The position numbers and the translations under genes were made by a program. The notes beneath the pieces were generated by a model. The model was given only the letters and a program-made list of their open reading frames with translations. It did no database searches and had not been told where the DNA came from. From Balanoglossus misakiensis (taxonomy: Eukaryota; Animalia; Hemichordata), in NCBI GenBank assembly GCA_040954595.2, contig CM082580.2, positions 6,331,519 to 6,395,518 on the forward strand: a DNA stretch of 64,000 nucleotides, in the 5' to 3' direction. Shown one piece after another: positions 40,701-52,471 of this stretch (positions are counted from its first letter, which is position 1; each line of letters starts with the position of its first letter).

Positions 40701-43700
40701 CCGACGCTGCGGCTGTCCGAAGTTGAGGTTCTGTCCAGGCACTGGTTGCGGCTGGCGAACCTGTTGAAGAGCGGCGCTCCCATGCCAACTTTCACGGGTG
40801 AAGAAGGGCTGCTGGGAAGTCAGGAATGTGGCATTTTCGAAACACCAAATCTGGGTGTATGAAATGGTTATACATTATATTTATTTTGAAGGCTGATGAT
40901 CATCTTATGTGCATGTGCGTAATTTTATGTACGTATAAACATTACATCCAATAAAATGTTCTTTTCTCAATGTCCGACACAAACTATGTCATCAGCATAA
41001 GAGTGAAACCTAAAAGACAAGTAACTGTTTATTTTGTGTTGACAGGGACTTTGCTCCGTGGACGGACACTACACACTGGACACACACTGGTCTATGGATG
41101 GTGTCATTGGAGGAGGGAAGTTTGGCTGCTGCAAGCTTGCCAGCGATTCGAAGACAAAGTTTATCTTTGCTGTCAAAGAGGTATGTTGAGTGAAAAAATA
41201 TATACCGGTAATTGTTTGCAATATTTTAAAATAAGGAAAATAATTGCTTTGTTCAGATTACAGGGTTGTTTATGTGTAGCCTGGTTTTGATACTTTCCAC
41301 TTTCATGATGGTTACCATTTGCACTGAGAGATGAAAAACTGACTGAAATACCAATTTTTAAAAACATATATACATGTACATGTATATGCCCAACAAACCA
41401 AACCGTACAGTAAACACGTTTTTCCCAAGATGGATATTTTGTGCTTGACAGTATTGCCATTTTAAAACAATCGATGTTTACAAAAAATTCACTTTTTGAC
41501 TCTTGCTCCACTTGCAGACCGATCTACGAAGCTTCATCAATAATTCTGACGAGGCTATAATCTGGTGCCAGCTCAACCACCCCAACATGCCTAAGCTATT
41601 TGGTATCCTACGTGTAGGAACGAAAATTTACTACTTCATGGAGTTCATCCGAGGTGAGTGTAATGGCTGATTCACATGCAAATGAGCATGCAATGACATC
41701 TGTCATTTCCACGGTGCGTCTCAGGAAACATGTTCTTTCCTGTGACGTGGCGTAAATGTACTGTCTCACTGCGTGACTCGGGGGACAAATTAACAAAAAA
41801 GTGATAGTCCTCTGAACTTGTTAATACTTTGCTATATGAAAGTGTGTGAGAAGTCATTTTAAAAACAAAGAAGAAACTATGGGTCTTCATCGTTTTGTTT
41901 TCATAAAATGCACTGATTTAAATTTTCCCCATAGAGATAGACAGATTGGCGGCCATTTTGATTTTTTTTTCACAATTTGAGTCACTTTTGCTCTCTCATT
42001 CAAAATTTTGCATGGTGACCCCGAATTTTTGTGCTCAACTTCAAGTGAAACGGGAGCAAAATGTGAGAAAAAGTTTTAAGACTGATCTTTGAGGCCCATT
42101 ATACCTTCAACAGAAAGCATTTTTGTACAAACTTTTATCCCATCGAATGTAACACATGAACTCTCTGACCTTTACCCAAAGGATGTAACATTCGTGAAAT
42201 CTTGGAACATCACCTGACGAAGATTCCGGAATCTCTGGTGGTCAGCTGGACATACCAGGTCATCTATGCCCTGATGCACATGCATAAGAAGAGGATTGTA
42301 CATGGTGATCTGAAAGGTACATGTAGGACATTTTTATTTTGCCATGGTTACAAAAAGAGGTTTTTATTCACATGCCTAAAATTATTTTGATTGGAACATC
42401 CGGCAAATGTTGCAGTCCAACAAGGTTTCTTATATGACCGACCAATATAATAAGCCTATCTCTAATGAAATCGGCAATATTTTTTTTGTTATACACAGCT
42501 TCTAACGTTGTTGTCACGGAGGACGGAGAAACGGCCTACTTGGTAGACTTTGGTTTCTCCAGGCAGCTGCTGCAAGGTCAGAATGACTTCCCAGCCATGG
42601 AGTCTCCGCAAGGCACACCAGCGTACATGTCGCCGGAGATTGCTGGGAGTGAGATCCACGGCCGGCCCGCAGACATCTGGAGCCTGGTGTGTTTTGTTTT
42701 GCACATGCTGAACGGCCAGCCACCATGGGCCAATCATTACGAAACAGTCGTACAAACTTATTATGCGGTTAGTAGTAATTCTCCCGACCTTAAATAGGTT
42801 TTGGCTACCTAGGTGGGTGATAAAAATCTCACATAGTCGACACAATTTCAAGATGGCCGATTTTTGCCATGTTTAAGGAAAAAGCTAAAGTGATGATGGG
42901 TCATTCTGAAACTTTTTAACAGAAAAAATACCAAAATGTGAAAAAAGTTTAATGAGTTTAATATGGTAACTACAAAGACAGACATGTTTGACCAAAGGAA
43001 GTCATGAAATACAGTAAACATATCATTTCTTCTATCTCGTACTACAGTGGGTTGTCGACTTTTCGACCAGAATGCAATGTGATTTGACCCCTTAGCGCAA
43101 AGTGAAAACCTATTTAAGGCAGCCAGAATTGGTTGTGAGACGTTATAGTCCCTCCTGGATGTTGATCATAGCCATTCAAATATGACCTGTTGATTCTGAA
43201 ACTTTATTGGACAATTTAGCTTACTTTCAATTCATGGCTGTTCTGTTTGCATTCACCAGATTGTGACAAAAGATGCACCCACCAGTGAAATTCCAAGTGG
43301 ATGCTCCCCTTCTCTTCGTCGATTCATCACATCTGGACTGGAGAAAAATCCAGCCAATAGACCGACTGCCATGCAGTTGTACTACCATGACGTCTTTGGG
43401 GAAGGTAATTTAAGATTATGATATCCCAAGGATAGGAGTTGTATTGACGTGTTGTAACACAATCAAAAGTTCAAGTGTCAAAACGCAGGCAATCTATTTG
43501 TCCCCACATGGTGAAGTCTGGACAGACAGCGGATTTTCAGATTTCCAGTCGTATGTGTAATAACAGTTGTCGTTGACTGTTTCTGTGACATTTTATTCAT
43601 TACAATGCTTTAAATTGTGCCATTTTCCATATTTTTCTTTTATAGATGATGGCAGCGGCAGATGCCAGAGTCTGCCTGCTCCGGACATCTCCAGGAGTGG

Positions 43701-46700
43701 GATACTATCCTTGAATGTCCCTTCCTTTGACACCATTCATGAGTACCGGAGTTTACCTCCACCCAGCCATGATGCAGAGGCTGCCTCGGATCCTCCATCA
43801 GCAACAACCCACGGAGACACCGATGACGGTAACTTCCCAGAGAGCGGCGATATCCCCGCCCATTCCGACACCACCCCTTCAAACCTTGCTAGTCCCGGTG
43901 CTGTTGAAGTGCCCCCTTGTGGCAATCCTGAGGCCAGAGCCCTGGCGACGGCCGGCAATTACTACAACGACGAGGTCAGCGACAGTGAAGACATCTACTC
44001 CGGCAGTGATCAGGTTCTCCCGAGCGATCTGCCCTCGAAGCTGCTGAACGTGGTGGAAAGCGCTCTGGAGGACAGCTCTGGAACGGTGGTTGGCAGCGAC
44101 GCGGCAGAATCTGAAGGGGGCACCATAACTGCGGTCGTCCCAGAGAGCGATGAGCCCGTGCAGGGTGCGTTGAACGGCGATGAGGAGCCGAGACAACAAC
44201 CAGCTTCTGATCCGCTGGGTGGTGGTGATGACATAACGGCCGAGGAGAAGACCGGGGTTTTGCCGGTGCTCGTAGCACGGCCTCGTCAAACCGCAGATCG
44301 GCTGACGGAAAACCAGACCATGGCCGAGCTGCTGGCTCTACGCAATGAGCCTCTTGTGGCGGAAGCAGCCGCAGGGGCGTCAGCGAAGAATGACGATGAC
44401 GGTATACAGAAGAATGATGACAGACAGGCATGGGCTCGCAAAAACCGCGATGGAATGCGCCCTGGTCCCGGATACAGCCATGGTGACGGCGGGGAAGGAG
44501 GAGCGGACATCGAAGATCGCGGCGCTGTCGGTGGTAGCGATGCAGCAGGCACGCCAGCAGTGCACCTCAAAGCGAAGCCGCGACTGGCAGCGAAGTTCGA
44601 TACTCCCTACAATCCCCGCGGGAGATCTTCGTCCTCGCGGAGAAAGAGCCCTCCAAAGAGAAGTGCGTCAGCTGTTGAAATCGCCGCAACACAGTCTAAC
44701 GCTACGTCTCTGGTTCACTCCCCGAGCAGTCACTCGTTGAGAGATAACAGATCAGTGCACAGGACAACGTCTGTGGTATCTACAACGTCCAGTGAGGCAG
44801 AGTTTGAACACCTTGCAACAGGTATTTATTTTTAATACAATTTCACTATCATCATGTGCACATGAGAATGTTTAGTACTAAATGTATATCTGTTCAAAAA
44901 ATTTGTTAAATAGGTTTAGAATCGTCACACATAAAGTCTTGTAACTAATTTGTCAGTCCTTTCTTATTCTTAAGGTGCTCCCTTGAGCGTAAGCTCTTTT
45001 GAGACCTTTTTGATGATTTCTCTTCTGACAATATTTACAGTGATTAACCCTTTCAACACCATCGTCACCTTGTCGTCATCTTACAAAAAAATTAACCTTC
45101 CTAACTTTTTTCAACTTTTTCCCCAAAATTTTCTCAAGACCTGCAGACAATGGAAAATTAGATCTTTCTGATCTAAAATTGATGGGAAAAATTTAGAAAA
45201 ATGTCTGAAAATTTAAGAAAAAATGTTGAACAACGTTTTGACTAGGTCAACTGATAGTGTGCTTCTTTTTGCAGGACAATTCTGTGACTTCCTCAGTGAA
45301 GTTGCATTGCCTCCAGATGAACAGCTGCAGCTGATGTCCTCAATGACCAGTGACTACAACAGTGACGTTTCGTCTTTGAGATTGTCGGTGCACTCCAAAA
45401 AGAGTGACTCCCCTGCAGACAGCCCACAGGTGAGTACACGCCATAACATAGTTCCACGCATGCAAAATTTAAAACAAAATAATTTCAAGCACACCACTTA
45501 AACCGTGAAATTCACAAAATATCTTCACGTCTTCATTTTGTAAATTTGATATTTTATTGTAACGGTTACTCCTATGAGATATCTATGTGGCAGAGATGTA
45601 GAATTGAACACATTTTGGGAAAGATATGATACAACATGGATGTAGATGGTGAAAATTCTGTTTAATGCATTTGCATGTCTTGATCTCTGCAGGATGAATT
45701 CCTCAGTGAAGAACAGCTGAGACGTGGCAACGCGACTCCGTTCGGCAGCAGCAGCACCATCAGCAGCTCCTCCGGTGTTGGTACGTATCCCACTCCGGAC
45801 TCATCCCCTGCCGATACTGCAACCATGGAAACAACCATTGCAGAGGTGCTGCGCCGGGCATTGTCCCTGGACAATCACCCCATGCTGCAGTCTGCAGGTA
45901 TTTTCCACCTTGGGAATGTTTGTAGGTGTTCCTGAAATCCACTCTCTGCAAGTGACCACTTTCCCTCCTGCCCACCTCCCACCCCTCATTTTTTCCAGAA
46001 ATTAGCCACCCTGCTTGGGAGAATTGTGGTCTGTCAATGTCTGTGTTCACAGCTCAGCCCACGTCCTATACACGGACACAACACTAAATACTTCCATCCC
46101 TTAATGTTTGGTCAATAGTAAAAATTGCATCTTTTATGCAGTAATTTTCCTTGTTGTGCCCGCGTACACAATGAGAGTTGAGTTGTGACAGCCAGTGGTG
46201 GTGCTTACTCCTCAGTGAGCAGAACAACATTAATATATAAACAAAGACAAGAGTGGGCAACATTCTCCCTGAGAGTGTGAATCTGAAATCGCAAGAAACT
46301 GTGTGGGGAAAAAATGGACCAATGATGAAACGTATAATTCTGGCTAGATATCAGATAATGGCATGTGTCTCTGTATGTTTCAGGTACCAGAGTAAAAGTA
46401 GAGTCTCCAGACGGTCAGGTGGTCTGCACCCTGAGACTGCCACCACAGAAAACCACCAGAGACATTGGCAAGGGAATCAGTCACAAGGTGAGCCATCATG
46501 GTATAATTCCCCCCCCCTTCCCTCCCCATAAAGAAATGGCAGTTGCCCTTCTTCTGTGAACCGTTTGCATGATCTCGTGTTCATGAAATATTCTGTCGGC
46601 ATTGGTGGAATTTCTGCCAAAGTGACATTCAAATGAATTCACAAGAACACCAATATACTTGGCAATGGTCTATAGAGATATTTTTTTTCACTGGATTTAA

Positions 46701-47002
46701 ATTAATGGAAAAAGAATGTAATTGGAGGAAGGGAGAAAAGTGGCAAAAAATGATTATTTACTACTTTTGTGATGCTCCTTTGCCAGGTTTTCCAAGATCC
46801 CAATGTGTCGGCATTTACGCTGGTTTCCATGGAGGGCACCCCGGTGCCTCTGCACCAGGAAGTGGGAGAAGGGGAAATCCGGATGCGGATGGTGTCCGCC
46901 GAAGATGGAAACTGGGAATGGAGAATCAACAGGGAAGGGAGAGTCGAGGAGCAAGGAGATGACGACCTGTACTCCTCCTTTGATGCCCATCACTTTGAAT
47001 AA
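34788..47002 (+). CDS. MAP3K14: NF-kappaB-inducing kinase (MAP3K14/NIK) orthologue, ~2079 aa, 18 coding exons
   Basis: Exons: 34788-34822, 35134-36683, 37067-37193, 37598-37784, 38267-38491, 38895-38981, 39168-39483, 39820-40856, 41046-41180, 41518-41653, 42182-42316, 42499-42767, 43260-43404, 43646-44821, 45275-45429, 45693-45897, 46384-46487, 46787-47002. They sum to 6240 nt, all GT-AG and in phase. Kinase motifs: GGGKFG, AVKE, non-RD HGDLK, DFG, GTPAYMSPE, DIWS..LHMLNGQPPW, EIPSGCSP. NIK-specific post-kinase segments: EFEHLATGQFCDFLSEVALPPDEQLQLMS, SSGV, and GTRVKVESPDG...RDIGKGIS...AFTLVS...WEWRI. The N-terminal exon chain is less certain than the kinase and C-terminal exons. Confidence 0.88.
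39243..39458 (+). other. TAZ-like zinc-finger domain within the NIK gene (exon 39168-39483)
   Basis: H..CVCSSCVVVKGKLQHVVECGVLVYDKCAECNGVSLAFRASIRVCSRACCVCPIPFC reproduces the Cys/His spacing of CBP/p300 TAZ2 as I recall it (CSLPSCQKMKRVVQHTKGCKRKTNGGCPVCKQLIALCCYHAKHCQENKCPVPFC). Confidence 0.7.
45043..45240. repeat. Dispersed repeat fragment; related copy at ~15034-15175
   Basis: Both loci share aaaatttt...caaga.ctgc.gacaatggaaaatta...tctaaaatt...aaaaat...aaaatgt.tgaaaa. This copy starts with ttaaccct, a piggyBac-like end. Confidence 0.55.
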
Positions 47003-48734
47003 AAACCCGGGTCCCTAAATAACCGTACGTCCGGATGACAAGAATTTGTTACTGACAACTGTCAGTTTAATACTGTGCAACACAGTGCTTAGTGTAGAGT
47101 GTAGTAGTCATTGAACTGTAGCTACAAAGATTTGCATATTACATCGTAACACACCTCAAATTACTGTTGCCTTGATCTGTAGCTGTGCATACATACCTGA
47201 AGGAAACATACAAAATTAAGATGATTGTGTGTATTGTGGCAAAACCAATGCAAAGATATTGAATCATTTGAGGTGTGTTGCAAAACATGTATCAGCTGGC
47301 TTTTTCTTGTAGTCTTGCCAATGCGTGTGCATTTCTCTATGTATTGTCTACTTTATGTAACACTTCATAGGGATTTACTCCCGCTAGCATGAACAAAAAT
47401 CCGACTAGAGATAAAATCATTTCCTGATTTTCAACAAAGTACCCTGATATTCTAATCAAACTACCTGTTTACATTTATGAAGCTTTGCTAAAGAGAAGAG
47501 AATATTTGAACTCATCATAATTTACTTTTTACTCCAAACACGATTCTTTGCCTTTACATTTGTTAAACTTTGCCCGACGTGACCATGCACTCTTATGTTA
47601 AACTGTATTTTCTGTATTAAAGTTGCGTAGTGCGATGGGTGGTGGCCCTTTAATCCAAATAACTTCTATTCAAGTTGCACTTTTAGAAATTCAATCAATG
47701 TTAGTGGGCAACTCAATATTGGCCGTGTTTTATTCCAGGAAATTTAACAAAAGTGTGAAATCAACAGCATTTCAATTTGACCCTGAAGTGGTCGTCAGAC
47801 AATGTGTTATCTAAAGTGGAGTGAAAGGGTTAAAGTTTCCAACAGGCTATATATCACTGGAATACCAGCCTTGCTGGGATGACATACTTGAGGCAGTTAT
47901 CGAGTTGACCACCATTATAACATGATCATTGTAACACCGTATTGTCGTGTCATTTTTCTCCTGTATCAACATTTTGAATGATCCATCAGTGGTTGATTGA
48001 CAAGGATTGAGTTTACCATCAAGGCTTTGACAATTTAGTCTTTGTAATGACATATGCTACAAGGAGAATAAAAGGCCATATATAAGTGTGTGTCTATGTG
48101 TCTTTGATTGGTCAGATTGTGATATAAACCCACTGTGTCCTTGGTGAGTATTCTATTGGCCCAGATGGTGTGCAATATAGTTTATTTTTAAGGATATTTT
48201 TGTCACTATTGGTCAATATATCTCAGAATTTGCTTATCTATTTGCTGTGAAATTCACATGCAGAAATTATAGTGAAAATAGCAATACTATATTCTGGGCG
48301 CAGTTTTAGCAATGATGGTTAAAAACTCCATTTTATCAGAACCTGCAAGTCTGATAAAGGAACAATAGTAACAAACCTAACTTAAGTTCATGACAAAAAA
48401 ATATCTCTATGGACAATATTCCTTTGCGGCAAATCTTTATCAAAACTTACAAGTGCACTTATATTTAGGGTTTATAACACCTGTATATACTTCAGTGCAT
48501 ACATCTGTATGGGCTAATATTAATACAGTTTGAAAACAAATTTCATGATTATTTCCCAAAAATTGCAGCTCGCGAGGCCTTAATTTGTGTACCCCACCCA
48601 CTAATTAAAGTTGATAAAGTGAACACCGTAAAACCAGGACACATCCCGTGTGTTTACTATGGGGTGAGATTAGTGCCAAAACAATTGTGTTAACATTATT
48701 TTATTTTGTTATAATTATTTCATTTTTGCATTCT

Positions 48735-49091
48735 TTTTTAATTCTGTTTGCATTCTTATTTCATTATGTTTACATTTTTATTCAATTCTGTTTGCATTTT
48801 TATTTCATTATGTTTACATTTTTATTCAATTCTGTTTGCATTTTTATTTCATTATGTTTACATTTTTATTCAATTCTGTTTGCATTTTTATTCAATTCTG
48901 TTTGCATTTTTATTCAATTCTGTTTGCATTTTTATTTCATTATGTTTACATTTTTATTCAATTCTGTTTGCATTTTTATTCAATTATGTTTACATTTTTA
49001 TTCAATTCTGTTTGCATTTTTATTCAATTCTGTTTACATTTTTATTCAATTCTGTTTGCATTTTTATTTCATTTTGTTTGCGTTTTTATTT
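48735..49091 (+). repeat. 22-bp minisatellite (TTTTTATTCAATTCTGTTTGCA and variants)
   Basis: Head-to-tail units, with the variant TTTTTATTTCATTATGTTTACA interspersed. Boundaries approximate. Confidence 0.92.
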
Positions 49092-49107
49092 TTTTAAATG
49101 TTGCATA

Positions 49108-49648
49108 TGTATATCTTGATGACCTATCTCACAATCCTTCGAACAAAATGGCTGGTGACAATGTTATGACACTGGCTAATGAACTACAGGCAATAGCCTA
49201 TTCCCTTCGATTGTCTCAAGTTGGTCAGCTTGAAGATATATATGATCGCGTGAATGCTTCTCAAGATTAACTCATGGTACTTCAACTAGAATTCTGTACT
49301 CCAAGTTTAGTGTTAGCTAAATTGACCTTAGCCAAAGATATCATAGATAATCTCATAGTGCTGACAAAGCTGACTTTCCCTACCAATCATTGCCGACATT
49401 TTCTGGTGAACCAGGAAGACCAAAGTATACCATTCATCGAGAATAACTGCGATTACTTAATAAAGGTTTTTAATATTCCTACTATTTCAAAACTTCTGGG
49501 TGTATCCACGCGAACAGTATGGAGAAGAATGTCCAATTTTGGGCTCTCCATAGGTGGATGTTACTCTGTACTGACAGATGCAGACTTGGATAACATCAAA
49601 TTTTCGTCAAGTGTAACCTTTTCTCCCATTGCCGACTATTATAACTAA
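49108..49648 (+). pseudogene. Degenerate transposase 5' fragment (HTH of IS3EU/integrase-core-type DNA transposons), left arm
   Basis: FNIPTISKLLGVSTRTVWRRMSNFGLSIGGCYSVLTDADLDNI fits the IA.LLGVS.RT+.RR+..+G+...YS.+.D..LD motif found upstream of the integrase core in these elements (recalled). It is interrupted by a stop at 49268-49270 and has no DDE domain. Confidence 0.6.
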
Positions 49649-50477
49649 AGCGACCCAAATTTGACATGACAGCATTGACATTGTGGACGAGAATGACTCT
49701 GTGGCCTTGCATTTTCGCGAATACGCCATCCTAATTTTACTCTGATCACTTGAGTCTTCGACGATGGACATACCCGGAATAGCGATATTGAATGAACATT
49801 GCGTATTTGGGTATAGCAAGGAGAGACATTTTTCGATTTCCTCAGAGTTGTTTACCGCCCGCCCGAGCCCTCTGATGAATAAATTATCATAATGAGATAA
49901 ATAAAAAAGTTTTTTTTTATTTCATTATTTCGACATTTTTATTTAATTTTTTATTTTGTTTCAGTTTCTTTGCGATTATTTCTGCCTTTTAACGTTGTCC
50001 ATTCATTATACTTACATTTTTTATCATAATGTTTTAACATTTTTATTTTTTTCAGACAGTTTATAAGCATTTTACCTTTGGTTGCACATTGTGTTCACAT
50101 TTTTATTATTTATCTCATTATAATAATTTATTCAGGTGACTGCCACTTGGACTGTACCATTCTGTGGTGGTGAAGGTTAGCATTAGGGTTAGGGTTGACG
50201 TTACAGTTATGGTTATGACTATATTTAAAAGTGACTATAGTGATTTAGTTTTGTCAATAAAGTCAAGTTTCCATTTATTAATAACGTCATAACCTGAAAC
50301 CTATCGCTAACCCTAATGCTTACCTTCGCCATCACAGAATGGAACAGTCCAAGTTGCCATTGCTTTGCAGTACGTCCGTTCTCATCATACATTACAATAC
50401 AGCAGCAAGCATGTGGGATGTCAAGGGAATTGGAAAGCATCACGGTCTCTGCATCATGGCCTCAAATTTGGGTCGCT

Positions 50478-51018
50478 TTAGTTATAATAGTCGGCAATGG
50501 GAGAAAAGGTTACACTTGACAAAAATTTGATGTTATCCAAGTCTGCATCTGTCAGTACAGAGTAACATCCACCTATGGAGAGCCCAAAATTGGACATTCT
50601 TCTCCATACTGTTCGCGTGGATACACCCAGAAGTTTTGAAATAGTAGGATTATTAAAAACCTTTATTAAGTAATCGCAGTTATTCTCGATGAATGGTATA
50701 CTTTGGTCTTCCTGGTTCACCAGAAAATGTCGGCAATGATTGGTAGGGAAAGTCAGCTTTGTCAGCACTATGAGATTATCTATGATATCTTTGGCTAAGG
50801 TCAATTTAGCTAACACTAAACTTGGAGTACAGAATTCTAGTTGAAGTACCATGAGTTAATCTTGAGAAGCATTCACGCGATCATATATATCTTCAAGCTG
50901 ACCAACTTGAGACAATCGAAGGGAATAGGCTATTGCCTGTAGTTCATTAGCCAGTGTCATAACGTTGTCACCAGCCATTTTGTTCGAAGGATTGTGAGAT
51001 AGGTCATCAAGATATACA
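50478..51018 (-). pseudogene. Inverted copy of the same transposase HTH fragment, right arm
   Basis: Near-identical reverse complement of 49108-49648, carrying the same internal stop. Confidence 0.6.
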
Positions 51019-51034
51019 TATGCAACATTTAAAA

Positions 51035-51501
51035 AAATAAAAACGCAAACAAAATGAAATAAAAATGCAAACAGAATTGAATAAAAATGCCAACAGAATT
51101 GAATAAAAATGCAAACAGAATTGAATAAAAATGCAAACAGAATTGAATAAAAATGCAAACAGAATTGAATAAAAATGCAAACAGAATTGAATAAAAATGC
51201 AAACAGAATTGAATAAAAATGCAAACAGAATTGAATAAAAATGTAAACAGAATTGAATAAAAATGTAAACAGAATTGAATAAAAATGCAAACAGAATTGA
51301 ATAAAAATGCAAACAGAATTGAATAAAAATGCAAACAGAATTGAATAAAAATGTAAACAGAATTGAATAAAAATGCAAACAGAATTGAATAAAAATGCAA
51401 ACAGAATTGAATAAAAATGCAAACAGAATTGAATAAAAATGCAAACAGAATTGAATAAAAATGTAAACATAATGAAATAAGAATGCAAACAGAATTAAAA
51501 A
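51035..51501 (-). repeat. 22-bp minisatellite, inverted copy (TGCAAACAGAATTGAATAAAAA)n
   Basis: About 21 head-to-tail units, more homogeneous than the left-arm array. Boundaries approximate. Confidence 0.92.
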
Positions 51502-52059
51502 AGAATGCAAAAATGAAATAATTATAACAAAATAAAATAATGTTAACACAATTGTTTTGGCACTAATCTCACCCCATAGTTTACAGCTACAAAGCAGAGA
51601 CATACCGGGTATGTCTACGCGGGACACGATGATGTAATAAAAATAGTTCAGGATAAGCCACGCGTAAGACAATTGTTCTCCGGTACGATTTCTCTTCTGA
51701 TGCATTTTGATTTTGAATCCATCGATAATTATTGTATTAGGTCCTCTAAAAGTGCACAAATTTAGCTTCGAAAGAACCTTTACAAGGATTGCGACATATG
51801 CTGTTGATATATACATCCGCCAACTTCTCTTCTCGTCCTCGATCCGTGGTTTGACGAGATGTGTGTTATGACGGGGAGGTGTGGTCGTGTGTATCTCGGG
51901 ACAATGTGGGAAGAACAACTGTGGGAGTCTGTGGCCGCTAGTAGCTAAGCTTGAGAGATATCCAGGTTTGTCATATTGTCCATGGCTTAGAATTTGATTA
52001 TTTTTATGGCCTAATTACCGCTAACCCTCAAAACTACGTGGAAATAGCTGGGCAACTGT

Positions 52060-52200
52060 TGCAGTTGCGCATGATCGCGGCGTACATAAAATGGCGCTCG
52101 CTACCAAAATAATAACTCTGGGGTCGGCCTGTGACGGCAGCTAGATCCAACCATGCGCCGGACGTAGACGGTGTATCACAATCGCGACAGTTGTTTAGGA
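52060..52200 (+). promoter_or_regulatory. Probable promoter / first non-coding exon of the kinase-less NIK-CTD gene
   Basis: CpG-rich patch with TGCGCATG (NRF1-like) and AAAATGGCG (YY1-like, 52088-52096). An acceptor at 52412 precedes ATG 52472. Confidence 0.45.
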
Positions 52201-52471
52201 TCATGACTGTGACCTTAGTCAGTGGAGTGACCTACATTTCCTAGATACATGTAATCACTGTCACGTCAAGGCTATTTCCTAATTCTGTTAAAGTACATAC
52301 ACATGTAAAAGTGGGCCACAGACAGAGTGCATGTACAGTAGGCGTATTGATGACATGCGTATCACTAAAACATGTGGGTGTGTTAGTTACTTTATCCTTA
52401 ATGTCTGTACAGGGTGTTGATTAGCTTTACCTGAACATATCGTGGAGACCTACCCTTCAAGTTCAACTGCA

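Larger units (their letters stand above)
48656..51580. mobile_element. Foldback / long inverted-repeat element: arms 48656-49664 and 50462-51580, spacer ~800 bp
   Basis: The arms are reverse complements. The ORF track shows nearly the same peptides on opposite strands (49274-49648+ and 50478-50852-). I saw only about 3 substitutions outside the minisatellite. The arm length difference is 110 bp, equal to 5 x 22-bp units. Confidence 0.9.

Noticed and set aside
40820-43404. Assignment of the kinase to MAP3K8/Tpl2
   Set aside because: The pre-kinase QECGIF segment resembles both families, but HGDLK, HMLNG.PW and the C-terminal domain point to NIK.
35128-44570. Many antisense and alternate-frame ORFs over the large NIK exons
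   Set aside because: Expected shadows of GC-richer coding exons, with no motifs or splice support.
50183-50196. Telomeric TTAGGG repeat
   Set aside because: Only two units, embedded in a MITE-like inverted repeat.
51035-51501. CRISPR-like repeat array
   Set aside because: Units are head-to-tail with no unique spacers, there are no cas genes, and the context is eukaryotic.
48648-51918. Long Phe-rich ORFs (up to 303 aa) in all three frames
   Set aside because: They are translations of a stop-free 22-bp minisatellite and recur in every frame, so they are not protein genes.
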